Positions 1 through 10,091 are shown, numbered from the stretch's first letter. The stretch: DNA of 64,000 bases from Azolla caroliniana (GCA_043228905.1 JBHGNT010000020.1:14136001-14200000), one strand, 5' to 3'. Made by a program: numbers and translations. The notes: a model not told the origin generated them from the letters alone.

Positions 1-2311
1 TGATATCACAATGCCCTTCTTAGACGACATTCCAATCAAAGGATGCTTGGTGGAAGAAAAAGATGAATCAAAAGATGACGATGGTCGCCGAAGATTCGTC
101 ATCAATCATATAAAGGATAGCGAGAAGGTGTTGCAAAAGCTTGAGGATGCAAATCTCACGTTTTCGGGAGAGAAGTCTGCATTCGGTCAACCAGAAATAT
201 TGGTAGTAGGACACTTATGTGGGTCTTATGGCCGGAAGCCATCTCCATCCAAGGTGAACGCTATTCAAGAGATGAAAGAAGAATGTGTGTCTCAAATGGA
301 GGTGTGAAGATTCTTGGGAGCATGTGCATTCTATCACATATGGATTCCACATTATGCCCATGTCGTTGAACCATTGTATGGACTATTAAAGAAAAGGAAG
401 AATTTTGAATGGGAAGATGAGCATACCTACGCGATTCAAAAGCTAAAGAAACTATTATTGGAAGCTCCAGCACTGCGCAAAGCCGACTACACCGATGGTA
501 CCCCGATATATGTGATGGTGGATACAAGCCCAACCGGAATTGGATGAGTGATAAACCAAGAAGACAAAGAAAAGAATCGGTATGCAATCCGATTCGGTGC
601 GAAGGTGTTAACCGAAAGACAAAGGAAGTATGCCCAAGTAAAGAGAGAGCTATGGGGAATAGTACCCGCGGTTAGAACCGACCGTGACTACCTTATAGGA
701 ACAGAGGTCATAATCGAAACCGATTGTCTACCTATTCTCGGAATGATATCCGGTTGTGCTACACCGGATATTGCTATGCTGCGATGGATTGCCTATATCA
801 AGTCCCTCAACCCCGAGATTCGGCATATAAATGGGAAGCATAATGTGGTGGCCGATATGTTGTCAAGGGTGAGGTATCAGGGTGATGAAGATTGGCACTC
901 CGAAGAAGAGGATGTTGGCCTAAAGTTCTTTACGGTTTCTTGTGCTCGGGTGCTAGCAGTGTTCAAAGTAGAATATTATGAGGGTGAATTCATCGAAATT
1001 GGCAAATACTTAAGCTCTCTTACAAAAGATGAATCATGGTCAAAGGAAGACTTCTACCAAATTAGGAAGAAGGCCTACAAGTTCTTCCTCAAAGAAGGAC
1101 ATCTTTGGAAGTTTCCAAAGAAGAAGAATGGAACTCCACTTCGGGTGGTGTGCAAGAAACAGGATCAACAAACACTAATTGTTGAATTTCATGATAGCGT
1201 GTGGGTAGGTCATCGTGGCATATGGGCAACATTTGCAAAGCTCAAGGAGAAGTATTGGTGGTCGGGTGTTTACAAAGATGTTGCAAGCTATGTTGAAACA
1301 TGTGAGCAATGCCAATTATACTCGAAAATTCAACATAGGGATGAACTTCATCCGACATATCCATTATCGATGCACTATAAGTGGTTGGTAGACATAGTGG
1401 TTATGCCAATGGGATTGGGGCAAATGAAATATCTTGTGCTATCAAGAGAGGATCTCACCAACCAAGTAGAAGGATGGGCGCTAAGGAATAAAACAACTTC
1501 GGCGGTTTGTAGGTTTCTCCTTGAAGATGTTATTTGTCGATACGGATGTGTCGGCAAAATAGTGACCGATAAAGGAGAATTAGATGCGAATGAAGCTAAA
1601 GAGTTCTTTTCAAGAATAGGCATCAAATTATCGCTCACCATGGCATACAACCCGGACGCAAATGGGAAGGTGGAACGAGGACATAGTCCAATTGTAAAAG
1701 CTCTAGCAAAGGCTTGCGACGGCAAGATGGGAAATTGGCCACGATTACTACCTTATGCATTGTGGGCAGATAGAACTACACATAGCACGATTATGGGATA
1801 TATGCCCGCCGAACTCATATTAGGACAAAAACCAATAATGCCTATTGAGCAAAGTGTTGCTTCGTGGACATCTTTCCCATGGCAAGAGGAAATGAGTCAG
1901 GAAGACTTGCTAGCCACGAGGATTCAACAATTAGAACGAAGGCCCGAAGATGTCGAGTTGGCAATAGAACGGTTGCGCCAAGCTCAATTGAAGAACAAGG
2001 AGAATTTTGATAGAAAGCATCGTCTTCGACAAAGAAAAATTGAAGAAGGAGATTGGGTTCTTGTTTATGATAGTAGTCTCGATATTCAATATAGCACTAC
2101 TTGAAAGTTCGCAAAACGATGGTTTGGCCTGTATATGGTCAAGAAAATAGAAAGCAATGCAACCTATTTTTTAGCAGAGTTAGATGGAACTCGAGTTGCT
2201 TTGCCAATAGCAGGGAAAAGGATCAAGATCTTTAAGAGAAGAGAAGCCCCAAATCTTGAGATCGAAGATCTTGATGATGTATCCTCAAACATCGAGGTTG
2301 AAGAAGAGTAA
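1..2311 (+). pseudogene. E0: degenerate Ty3/gypsy pol (end of RT, RNase H, integrase), AT-rich relative of E1-E3; continues left of window
   Basis: One frame with FLDD RT motif, DTS RNase H, HHCC zinc finger, DDE core and a GPY/F-like C-terminus, broken by in-frame TGA at 305, 545 and 2102; ends TAA 2309-2311; colinear with E1 pol protein. Confidence 0.93.
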
Positions 2312-2361
2312 TTAAAAAAGAGGAACCTCACCACAATTGGCACATACCGGTGGATGTGCAT

Positions 2362-2377
2362 GTTTGGTGGGGGTGAA
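2362..2377 (+). other. Polypurine tract of E0
   Basis: GTTTGGTGGGGGTGAA directly before TGTCGTG LTR start; equivalent to GGTTAGGTGGGGGCGGA in E1-E3. Confidence 0.75.
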
Positions 2378-2715
2378 TGTCGTGTGGTTTTTCACACACG
2401 ATATGAAAACTAGTAAAATAATTATTTACGATTAGCTTAATATATTAATATGGAAAGATAGATGTGTTCAAGAGCTTCATATCGTATTTTACTACGCATA
2501 AAACAAATAAACAAGTATTAAGTTATGTGAGTCTGAAGTTTGAAGAAAAGAAAAGAAAAGACAAAATTGTGAGATATCCCACATAGATAGGACAACATTG
2601 GAACCCAGAATATATAAGGGAAACCAAAACATATTCATTCTATCAATGTGTGGAGCATAGAATGTTCAAGGTGACTTGGGCTACACTACGTGGTGTGCAC
2701 GCTTCGAGCATACGT
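2378..2715 (+). repeat. E0 3' LTR, left part (interrupted by the E3/E2/E1 nest)
   Basis: Starts TGTCGTG right after PPT; ends at ACGT target duplication of E3. Confidence 0.8.
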
Positions 2716-2757
2716 TGTCGCGTTACTACACGTTGTCGAGATATTTCGCAAGTGCGT

Positions 2758-3557
2758 TGTCGAGATATTACGCAAGTGCGTGTGGAATAGAGGCGGGACC
2801 GCGGGGGTCTCGAACCAAAGAGCAAGCGAGGGAGGAGAAAGAGAGAGAACCGGCTACGCAGGACCGGGGATACACAGGGACACGGCCCTTCAGCACGGAG
2901 AACGCGAACAGACACCGACACAGACGGATGCGAATGACTAAATATGTGTATTAACAAAATGGCTAACACGACTACAACCCCCGATGGGGCACAGGTTGGT
3001 TGCAACCGAACAGGCCGGCGAACAGATGCCGATGCCTGTTCGCTTCGACGCACAAACGGGGAAATGGGGGGGGGGTAGCAGGTCGGAGGTGCTGCCGGAA
3101 GCACTCGGGCGTTCCTCGAAACAGCGCGAGCCTCCCCGGAACCCTGCACAGAAAGCTTTGGAGCTCAAGAAGGAAGGAAACAGAGAGAGCGAAGCGTCCA
3201 GAAACGGTCCGACAGCACTTCGTCCTCTCCGCGCCCGATCCCTGCAACAGCTCTTTCCCGCTCCTTATATAGGCCGACGAACAGGCCGTCGTGTCAGCTT
3301 TATTCCCTGTCCCTTTTGGACAGGGATCCGCTCCGTTTTTCACGGATCCGCGTAGTTACGCCGCCGACTCGTACAGTTCGCGCGCGCGACCGAAAAGACT
3401 GTTCGCGCGGTCTTTGTCTCCACTTGAGTTAGGGCCCGTTCCTGCCGATTATCCTCTCAATTCGTTTCTATGTACAACTCGGAGCGTGCGCGCGTGAAGA
3501 ACCGGTTCCCACGCCTTGGTGCGCCGATTCCACCTATAGACGGTTTTCTTCACGACA
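2758..3557 (-). repeat. E1 3' LTR
   Basis: Direct repeat of 9288-10087 with one mismatch seen (3532 A vs 10072 G); TGTCG...CGACA termini. Confidence 0.97.
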
Positions 3558-3574
3558 TCCGCCCCCACCTAACC
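3558..3574 (-). other. E1 polypurine tract (same motif at 10862-10878 and 18016-18032)
   Basis: GGTTAGGTGGGGGCGGA abutting the TG of the 3' LTR in all three copies. Confidence 0.85.
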
Positions 3575-3628
3575 GCGCATCCTCCGGTATGCGCCAAGAG
3601 AGTTGGGACGGAGAAAACCGGCCCGTCT

Positions 3629-6600
3629 TCATTCCTCGCCCGTCGGTTCTTCTTCATTTTCGGATCGTTCGTCATTGCCGACCAGGAGAGCCGGGTCTGG
3701 CTCGTCGTCGTGTCGCTTCTTGAACGCTTTGATCCGCTTCCCTGCAACCGGTATCGCCATTCTCGTGCCGTCAAGTTCCGCCAGGTGATATGTCCCGTTG
3801 TCATTGGCACTCCGTACCACGTAAGGCCCGAACCACCTTCGTGCGAACTTCCGTGTGGCTCGGTGCTGGTTGTCGAGGCTGCTGTCGTAGACGAGCACCC
3901 AGTCACCTTCTTCGATTTTCTTCGGTCGTAGCCGGTGCGTTCGGTCGAACCGGGCTTTGTTCTTTGTCCTCGCCACCCGGAGCTTCTCCGTAGCCAGTGC
4001 CACGTCCTCCGGCCTCCGCTCGAGCTGTTGTATACGTGCGACCAACAACTCCTCCCGGCTCATCTCGTCCCTCCAGTCGACCGCTGCCCACGAGGAGATC
4101 GTCCGTTCAACCGGCATGATCGGCTTCTGGCCGAACATGAGCTCCGTCGGCATGTACCCGGTTACCGAACTGTGCGTGGTCCGGTCTGCCCACAAAGCAT
4201 AAGGTAGCAGCCGCGGCCAGTTACCGACTTGGCCTCCGCATGCCCGAATCAACGCCTTGACGATCGGTCCGTGTCCGCGCTCCACCTTTCCATTCGCCTC
4301 CGGATTGTACGCAGTGGTGAGCGAGAGCTTGACTCCAAGCCGGTCGAACAGCTCCGCGGCCTCTTCGGCGTCCAACTCCCCTCGGTCAGCCACGATCTTC
4401 CCGACGCACCCGTACCGGCATATCACGTCCTCGACTAGGAACCGACACACGGCCGCGGTCGTCTTGTTCTGAAGGGCTCGGCCTTCCACCTGGTTCGTCA
4501 GGTCTTCCCGCGCTAGGACCAGATACCGCATCTGTCCTACCCCCATCGGCATCGTCACCAGATCTACCATCCATTTGAAGTGGATAGTCGGAGGGTACGT
4601 AGGGTGAAGCCTGTCCCGGTGTCGGACTATCGAGTGCATCTGACAACTCTCGCAAGTTGACACGAACCGATGCACGTCCCGGTACAATCCCGGCCACCAG
4701 TACTTTCCCTTCAGCTTCTCAAACGTCGCCCACGTTCCACGGTGTCCAGCCCAAGGGCTGTCGTGGTAGGCCGCCAGTAGCTCCTCCTGCTCTTCCTTCA
4801 TCGCCACCACTCGGAGCGGGACGCCGTCCCTCTTCTTCGGGTGCTTCCATAGATGCCCATCTCGGAGAAAGAATCGATATGCTTTCTTCCGGATCCGGTT
4901 GGCCTCGTCCTTCGTCCATGACGCATCGGGCGTCATCGTCTTCAAAAACCCGCCGATCTGCAGCCATTCCCCGTCGTACTTGCTCGCGTCGAACTCGTTA
5001 AGCGCCGGAGTGCTCATCCCGTCGGTCGTTATGTATGCCGCCTCGAAGAAATCCACGCCGACTTCTTCGTCTTCCGAAACCATGCCGCCCTCGTCGTCGT
5101 ACCTCGCCCTCGAAAGCATGTCGGCCATGGCGTTGTCTTTCCCGGAAATGTGTCGTATTTCCGGGTCCAGGGACTTGATGTACGCTATCCACCTGAGCAT
5201 CGCCAGGTCCGGAGTCGCGCATCCGGAAACCATACCGAGAATCGGCAGGCAATCCGTCTCGATGATCACTTCCGTCCCTATCAGGTAGTCTTTGTCGGCC
5301 TTAACCGCCGAAACAATACCCCAGAGTTCGCGTTTAACCTGGGCGTACCCTCGCTGCCGTTCACTGAGGACTTTCGCGCCGAATCGGATCGGAAACCGAT
5401 TGCCGTCCTCGTCTTCCTGGTTCACGACCCATCCGATCCCGATCGGACTGGTATCCACCGTTATGAATACCGGGGTACCCTTCCCGTAAACCGCCTTCCG
5501 GAGTGCCGGTGCCGCTGCAAGGGCCTCTTTCAGCTTCCGGACCGATTCCGCGTGCTTGTCTAGCCATTCGAACCTTCGCCCCTTTTTCAGCAACCCGTAC
5601 AGTGGCTCCGCGACGTGTGCGTAATGCGGGATCCATATGTGGTAGAACGCGCATGCCCCCAGGAATCTCCGTACTTCCGTGACCGAGCTGCAGTCGGGCT
5701 TCATCGCGGAGATGGCTTCTACCTTCGCCGGAGACGGTTTCCGGCCATATGGTCCGCACAGGTGTCCGACCACCATGATTTCTGACTGCCCGAAGGCCGA
5801 CTTCTCCCCGGAGAAGGTGAGTCTCGCATCCTCTAGCCTTTGCAGCACCTTCTCGCAGTCGTCGACGTGCGTCGCCACGAATCGCCGGCATCCGTCCGGC
5901 CCGATCGTCTCGTCCTTTTCTTCCACCGGGCATCCCTTGATCGGGATGTCGTCCAGAAACGGCATGGTAATGTCCGGGACACAGTCCCTCAGAACCTTGT
6001 TCATCGCATTCACCATGTGGGCCACCGAGTTGGTCCCTCCTTGCGGCAGTGTACACATCCGAACTAGGCCGAGGGGAGTTCGCATCGTCGTAAGGTCTCT
6101 GCTCTCCACGGCCAGCTGGAACTGGTCGTACCCTGAGTATAGATCCCCGACCGAGTAAATTGACCTTCCGGCGAAGGCCTCCGCGAACTCGTCTATGGTC
6201 GGTCCGATTCCTGCGTTCCGAATGGTCACTCGATTGACCGGCTGCAGGTCCTGGATGAAGCGCAGCGAACCGTTTTTCTTCGGTACGGTAAACCATCGAT
6301 TCGAATATGGGGCGCTCGACGGCTCGAGAATTCCCATATCAACTTTCTGCCTCAGCAGCTCCATCAACTTCGGGATGTGAGCTCTCGGAACCGGGATTGG
6401 CTTGAGATTCCATGGTACATGCGGTACCGTGAATATCACCATCGGCTCCACGATCGTCGGGTCAACGCACCCGATTTCCTCCGGCGAGAATGCGAAGGCT
6501 TTCCCGTGCCTTCCGAGCATTCTCCGAAACCGGTCTTCCTCCGCCGGCAGTAGGAACCCGCCCCCACCGATTTTGAGCTCTCGGAGCGTCTCGTTAGTGA

Positions 6601-7120
6601 AGGTGTGCCCTATGCAGGCCGGATCTCGTAGACTAGGGTCTGATGCAACCCCTTTGATTCTCGACGCGCTGTCCTCCGGTAAGGGTGCCGCTACTGGCCT
6701 TACCTTCCGGTCCACAGTCTTGTACTTGGTGTTTACGTGGGCCGTCCGAACTGACTCGAGCCCTCGACCGAAGTCCGTGATGACTTCGTACATCTCCTCG
6801 GAACACACCGGTATCGTCCGGTTGTCGTTAAGGCCTTCTTCGACTACCTTTCCCAGCATTCCCAAGGTGTCGTCGAATGAGACCGCCTCCACGGCTCCGT
6901 TGATTTCCTCGTCCGGGCCGAGAACTCCGCACGCTCGAAGTCTCGCCTCCGTCTTTGTTTTCTCTCGGCCGGCGATGCCGACCATCGCACACGCTCCGCT
7001 GTCGGAGAACAAAAATTCCCTACCTATGGTACAAGGTTTCTTCGGTTTTATCGTACAGGTGTGGGGTTTTCCCGGGGTGTCCGGACTGTCGCGGCCCCAC
7101 GCCTTGGCAGCCCTCTCTAA
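3629..7120 (-). CDS. E1 pol (RT, RNase H, integrase; no chromodomain), probably entered by -1 frameshift
   Basis: ORF 3629-7012 with LPQG, FLDD, DTS, HHCC, DDE and WFGPY motifs; the frame stays open upstream to the slippery site at 7120-7126. Confidence 0.93.
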   Translation of the reverse strand, partial: LERAAKAWGRDSPDTPGKPHTCTIKPKKPCTIGREFLFSDSGACAMVGIAGREKTKTEARLRACGVLGPDEEINGAVEAVSFDDTLGMLGKVVEEGLNDNRTIPVCSEEMYEVITDFGRGLESVRTAHVNTKYKTVDRKVRPVAAPLPEDSASRIKGVASDPSLRDPACIGHTFTNETLRELKIGGGGFLLPAEEDRFRRMLGRHGKAFAFSPEEIGCVDPTIVEPMVIFTVPHVPWNLKPIPVPRAHIPKLMELLRQKVDMGILEPSSAPYSNRWFTVPKKNGSLRFIQDLQPVNRVTIRNAGIGPTIDEFAEAFAGRSIYSVGDLYSGYDQFQLAVESRDLTTMRTPLGLVRMCTLPQGGTNSVAHMVNAMNKVLRDCVPDITMPFLDDIPIKGCPVEEKDETIGPDGCRRFVATHVDDCEKVLQRLEDARLTFSGEKSAFGQSEIMVVGHLCGPYGRKPSPAKVEAISAMKPDCSSVTEVRRFLGACAFYHIWIPHYAHVAEPLYGLLKKGRRFEWLDKHAESVRKLKEALAAAPALRKAVYGKGTPVFITVDTSPIGIGWVVNQEDEDGNRFPIRFGAKVLSERQRGYAQVKRELWGIVSAVKADKDYLIGTEVIIETDCLPILGMVSGCATPDLAMLRWIAYIKSLDPEIRHISGKDNAMADMLSRARYDDEGGMVSEDEEVGVDFFEAAYITTDGMSTPALNEFDASKYDGEWLQIGGFLKTMTPDASWTKDEANRIRKKAYRFFLRDGHLWKHPKKRDGVPLRVVAMKEEQEELLAAYHDSPWAGHRGTWATFEKLKGKYWWPGLYRDVHRFVSTCESCQMHSIVRHRDRLHPTYPPTIHFKWMVDLVTMPMGVGQMRYLVLAREDLTNQVEGRALQNKTTAAVCRFLVEDVICRYGCVGKIVADRGELDAEEAAELFDRLGVKLSLTTAYNPEANGKVERGHGPIVKALIRACGGQVGNWPRLLPYALWADRTTHSSVTGYMPTELMFGQKPIMPVERTISSWAAVDWRDEMSREELLVARIQQLERRPEDVALATEKLRVARTKNKARFDRTHRLRPKKIEEGDWVLVYDSSLDNQHRATRKFARRWFGPYVVRSANDNGTYHLAELDGTRMAIPVAGKRIKAFKKRHDDEPDPALLVGNDERSENEEEPTGEE

Positions 7121-7126
7121 AAATCC
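7061..7126 (-). promoter_or_regulatory. Predicted -1 programmed ribosomal frameshift signal (slippery heptamer + pseudoknot); equivalent heptamers at 14415-14421 and 21568-21574
   Basis: G GAT TTT TAG at end of ORF1; 6-nt spacer; GGGCTG/CAGTCC stem and GTGGGG/CCCCAC pairing conserved in three copies. Confidence 0.75.
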
Positions 7127-9243
7127 TCTCGGTTATCGGAACCGAGGGAGTCGCGGTTACGCTCGTGGTTCGGCCTAACCGTCAAAAACTGGACCGAATG
7201 GCGGCCGTCCTGGCTCTTGACCCGCGCATAGGCCGAACCATTGTCCAGCACCTTGGTCTCCATTCGCGCCGCCGTGATGTACGGCTCTCCCAGTATGACC
7301 GGATGCGAAGACGTCTCCTGCACGAAGAAGTGCTGGTCAATCTCGACGTCGCCGATCTTGACTCGCACATTCGGACAGGCCCCGTGCAGTTCCTCGGTGG
7401 CGCGCGTTGCTGCCCTTATTTTCCACCCGTGCTTGGTGTTGATCGGCCATTTGCCCTTCTTATAGAAATCCATGGACATCAAATTGATCTCCGATCCGTG
7501 GTCCACCAAAGCTATCACCGGTTCCTGGACATCGCCGATCTTCACCGGGGTTTCCGTGGTCGCTCGGGCCCAGTGCGGTCTCGAATAGTGGCTTTCCGCC
7601 CACTCGTCTCCCAGCGCCATGTCGTCTAGGTGCGTCGTCCGCACTTCCACCGGTCTTTCCGGTTCTGTCTCCGTTGACAGCCTCTTCCGTTTCACCAAGT
7701 CCACGATGGAGTCGTGGAACTCCTTCTTGGCGATTCCAAGCACCTCCCGTAGCGACAGCTCCACCTTGCTGTCGAGGATCCGTTCCTCCAGGACCTTTCG
7801 TAAGTCCGTGGTTCTTTCTATCTCCGTCCCCAGACGGTACCCGCCCTTCTGGGGTTTATCTTGCGTACCGGCCCTGCCGGCTTCGTCCCGTCGTGGCCCG
7901 GACCGGGTCTCGTATCGTTGTGAGGGCCCGGTCGTCCCGGGTTTTCCCACCCGCTTCTCTTCTACCAGAGCCTCGTAGTTCCGGCAAGCGGCTTCCACGA
8001 AGCCCGTCCTTTCCTCGACCGGGTCGCTCCACCCGGTCATCTCCCGTACCCGTTTCTCCGCACGGTCCGATTCCTCCCTTTCAAGCCCTGCACCGGCAAG
8101 GCCTTCCAGCATCGTCGGCCAGAATCCGGCTTTGCTTTCCTTTCGGGCCTCGCCGCCCCCGACTCGAATGCCGGCCGACGCCGAGTAGTGGACGGTTTCC
8201 GCGTGTCGGGCCGCCGCCTCTTCCATCAACCTTTTCATACCACCCTTTCCGTCGTTTCGGCTCAGGGCCCTTCGGGTGTCGCTGGCATGCACCCGTCCTT
8301 CCAACAGGTACACCACCCGGTCCCTCAGCGCCTCCGCGAAGTCGCCGCAGTCCTTCCGAACGTGGCCGACTTCATCGCACCACATGCACCTGTTTCCTGC
8401 CGCCGGCCGTCGGTCACGAGCCGGTTCGCCTCCTTCCCTTCGGGCCTGCGCGATTTGGAGGTCCTTTATCGCCTTCGTCAATTCCTCCAGCGCCGCTCCT
8501 CCGGTTGAGCCTCTGACTACGCCGGTCGAAGCCGAACCGGTTTCCAACCACTCCCGGGTCTCTTCCTTGCGCACCTGTGGCGCTGGTTCGAGCTTCCTTG
8601 CTGCGACCGAGCCCGACCCCGTCGCCCCGTTATCCGCCCATTCTCGCCGTTTGTCGAAACGGCCACAGACCTTCCTGACAGCCGCCCAGTCGGTAGTGAG
8701 CCCGTCTTCGGTTTCCAGCAAGAGGCCCACTTGCTCCCGATCCCGCTCGTCGACCGACTTGACAAACAGCAAGACCCGGCTCGTGTCCAGGATGGTTCGG
8801 TCGAGCGCCGAAAGGCGCGCAAAGTTTTCCTCGAACTCCCGGAGGAGTGCCGACGCGTTTCTTCCCTTCCCCGGGGACTCCACCCATTCCATGAACCTTC
8901 GCTTCGAAAGCCGGAGCGCGTCGTCCAGCCCGTATTTCTCTAGGAGCCGACCTTCGAACTCCTCCCAGGTACGGCTCTCCGCCCGCACCTCGAGCACCTC
9001 CGCATGGATGCTCGGCATTGCCACTCGGGGAAAACCGGCAAGACGCCTTTCTTCCGGAATGTCCCGCATCAACATTTCTGCACCGTAGGACGCCAGATAC
9101 TTCGTGGCATCCCTCCCATCGAACCGGCCGATCGTGCCGACGACCGCCTCAATAGCTCTGTCGAGGGCACCGGTACCCTCGCGCGCGTTTACGATCCGAT
9201 CCACGGCCGAAGCCATGGCCTCTGCGAGATCCGACCCCCTCAT
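7117..9243 (-). CDS. E1 gag + aspartic protease (ORF1)
   Basis: CX2CX4HX4C knuckle (CMWCDEVGHVRKDC), protease-like LVDHGSE...VILGEP; first ATG at 9243 (ORF track starts at a GTG inside the PBS). Confidence 0.92.
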   Translation of the reverse strand: MRGSDLAEAMASAVDRIVNAREGTGALDRAIEAVVGTIGRFDGRDATKYLASYGAEMLMRDIPEERRLAGFPRVAMPSIHAEVLEVRAESRTWEEFEGRLLEKYGLDDALRLSKRRFMEWVESPGKGRNASALLREFEENFARLSALDRTILDTSRVLLFVKSVDERDREQVGLLLETEDGLTTDWAAVRKVCGRFDKRREWADNGATGSGSVAARKLEPAPQVRKEETREWLETGSASTGVVRGSTGGAALEELTKAIKDLQIAQARREGGEPARDRRPAAGNRCMWCDEVGHVRKDCGDFAEALRDRVVYLLEGRVHASDTRRALSRNDGKGGMKRLMEEAAARHAETVHYSASAGIRVGGGEARKESKAGFWPTMLEGLAGAGLEREESDRAEKRVREMTGWSDPVEERTGFVEAACRNYEALVEEKRVGKPGTTGPSQRYETRSGPRRDEAGRAGTQDKPQKGGYRLGTEIERTTDLRKVLEERILDSKVELSLREVLGIAKKEFHDSIVDLVKRKRLSTETEPERPVEVRTTHLDDMALGDEWAESHYSRPHWARATTETPVKIGDVQEPVIALVDHGSEINLMSMDFYKKGKWPINTKHGWKIRAATRATEELHGACPNVRVKIGDVEIDQHFFVQETSSHPVILGEPYITAARMETKVLDNGSAYARVKSQDGRHSVQFLTVRPNHERNRDSLGSDNREDF

Positions 9244-9265
9244 CTTCTGCTCTTCTGCCGCCTCT

Positions 9266-9283
9266 TTCACGTCGGGTTCACCA
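9266..9283 (-). promoter_or_regulatory. Primer binding site, tRNA-Trp (E1)
   Basis: TGGTGAACCCGACGTGAA, 4 nt from LTR end; complementary to the plant cytosolic tRNA-Trp 3' end TTCACGTCGGGTTCACCA as recalled. Confidence 0.88.
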
Positions 9284-9287
9284 AAGA

Positions 9288-10087
9288 TGTCGAGATATTA
9301 CGCAAGTGCGTGTGGAATAGAGGCGGGACCGCGGGGGTCTCGAACCAAAGAGCAAGCGAGGGAGGAGAAAGAGAGAGAACCGGCTACGCAGGACCGGGGA
9401 TACACAGGGACACGGCCCTTCAGCACGGAGAACGCGAACAGACACCGACACAGACGGATGCGAATGACTAAATATGTGTATTAACAAAATGGCTAACACG
9501 ACTACAACCCCCGATGGGGCACAGGTTGGTTGCAACCGAACAGGCCGGCGAACAGATGCCGATGCCTGTTCGCTTCGACGCACAAACGGGGAAATGGGGG
9601 GGGGGTAGCAGGTCGGAGGTGCTGCCGGAAGCACTCGGGCGTTCCTCGAAACAGCGCGAGCCTCCCCGGAACCCTGCACAGAAAGCTTTGGAGCTCAAGA
9701 AGGAAGGAAACAGAGAGAGCGAAGCGTCCAGAAACGGTCCGACAGCACTTCGTCCTCTCCGCGCCCGATCCCTGCAACAGCTCTTTCCCGCTCCTTATAT
9801 AGGCCGACGAACAGGCCGTCGTGTCAGCTTTATTCCCTGTCCCTTTTGGACAGGGATCCGCTCCGTTTTTCACGGATCCGCGTAGTTACGCCGCCGACTC
9901 GTACAGTTCGCGCGCGCGACCGAAAAGACTGTTCGCGCGGTCTTTGTCTCCACTTGAGTTAGGGCCCGTTCCTGCCGATTATCCTCTCAATTCGTTTCTA
10001 TGTACAACTCGGAGCGTGCGCGCGTGAAGAACCGGTTCCCACGCCTTGGTGCGCCGATTCCGCCTATAGACGGTTTTCTTCACGACA
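9288..10087 (-). repeat. E1 5' LTR
   Basis: Near-identical to 2758-3557; TATA-like TATATAA on minus strand at 9795-9801. Confidence 0.97.
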
Positions 10088-10091
10088 GCGT

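Larger units (their letters stand above)
2758..10087 (-). mobile_element. E1: intact, youngest Ty3/gypsy LTR retrotransposon (7.33 kb)
   Basis: 800-bp LTRs, PBS, PPT, uninterrupted gag-PR and RT-RH-IN ORFs; TSD GCGT 2754-2757 / 10088-10091. Confidence 0.97.

Noticed and set aside
2712-2781. CRISPR-like repeat-spacer array
   Set aside because: Units are LTR termini plus TSDs explained by nested insertion; eukaryotic context and no cas genes
9266-9283. tRNA gene
   Set aside because: Only the 3' 18 nt including CCA are present; this is a PBS
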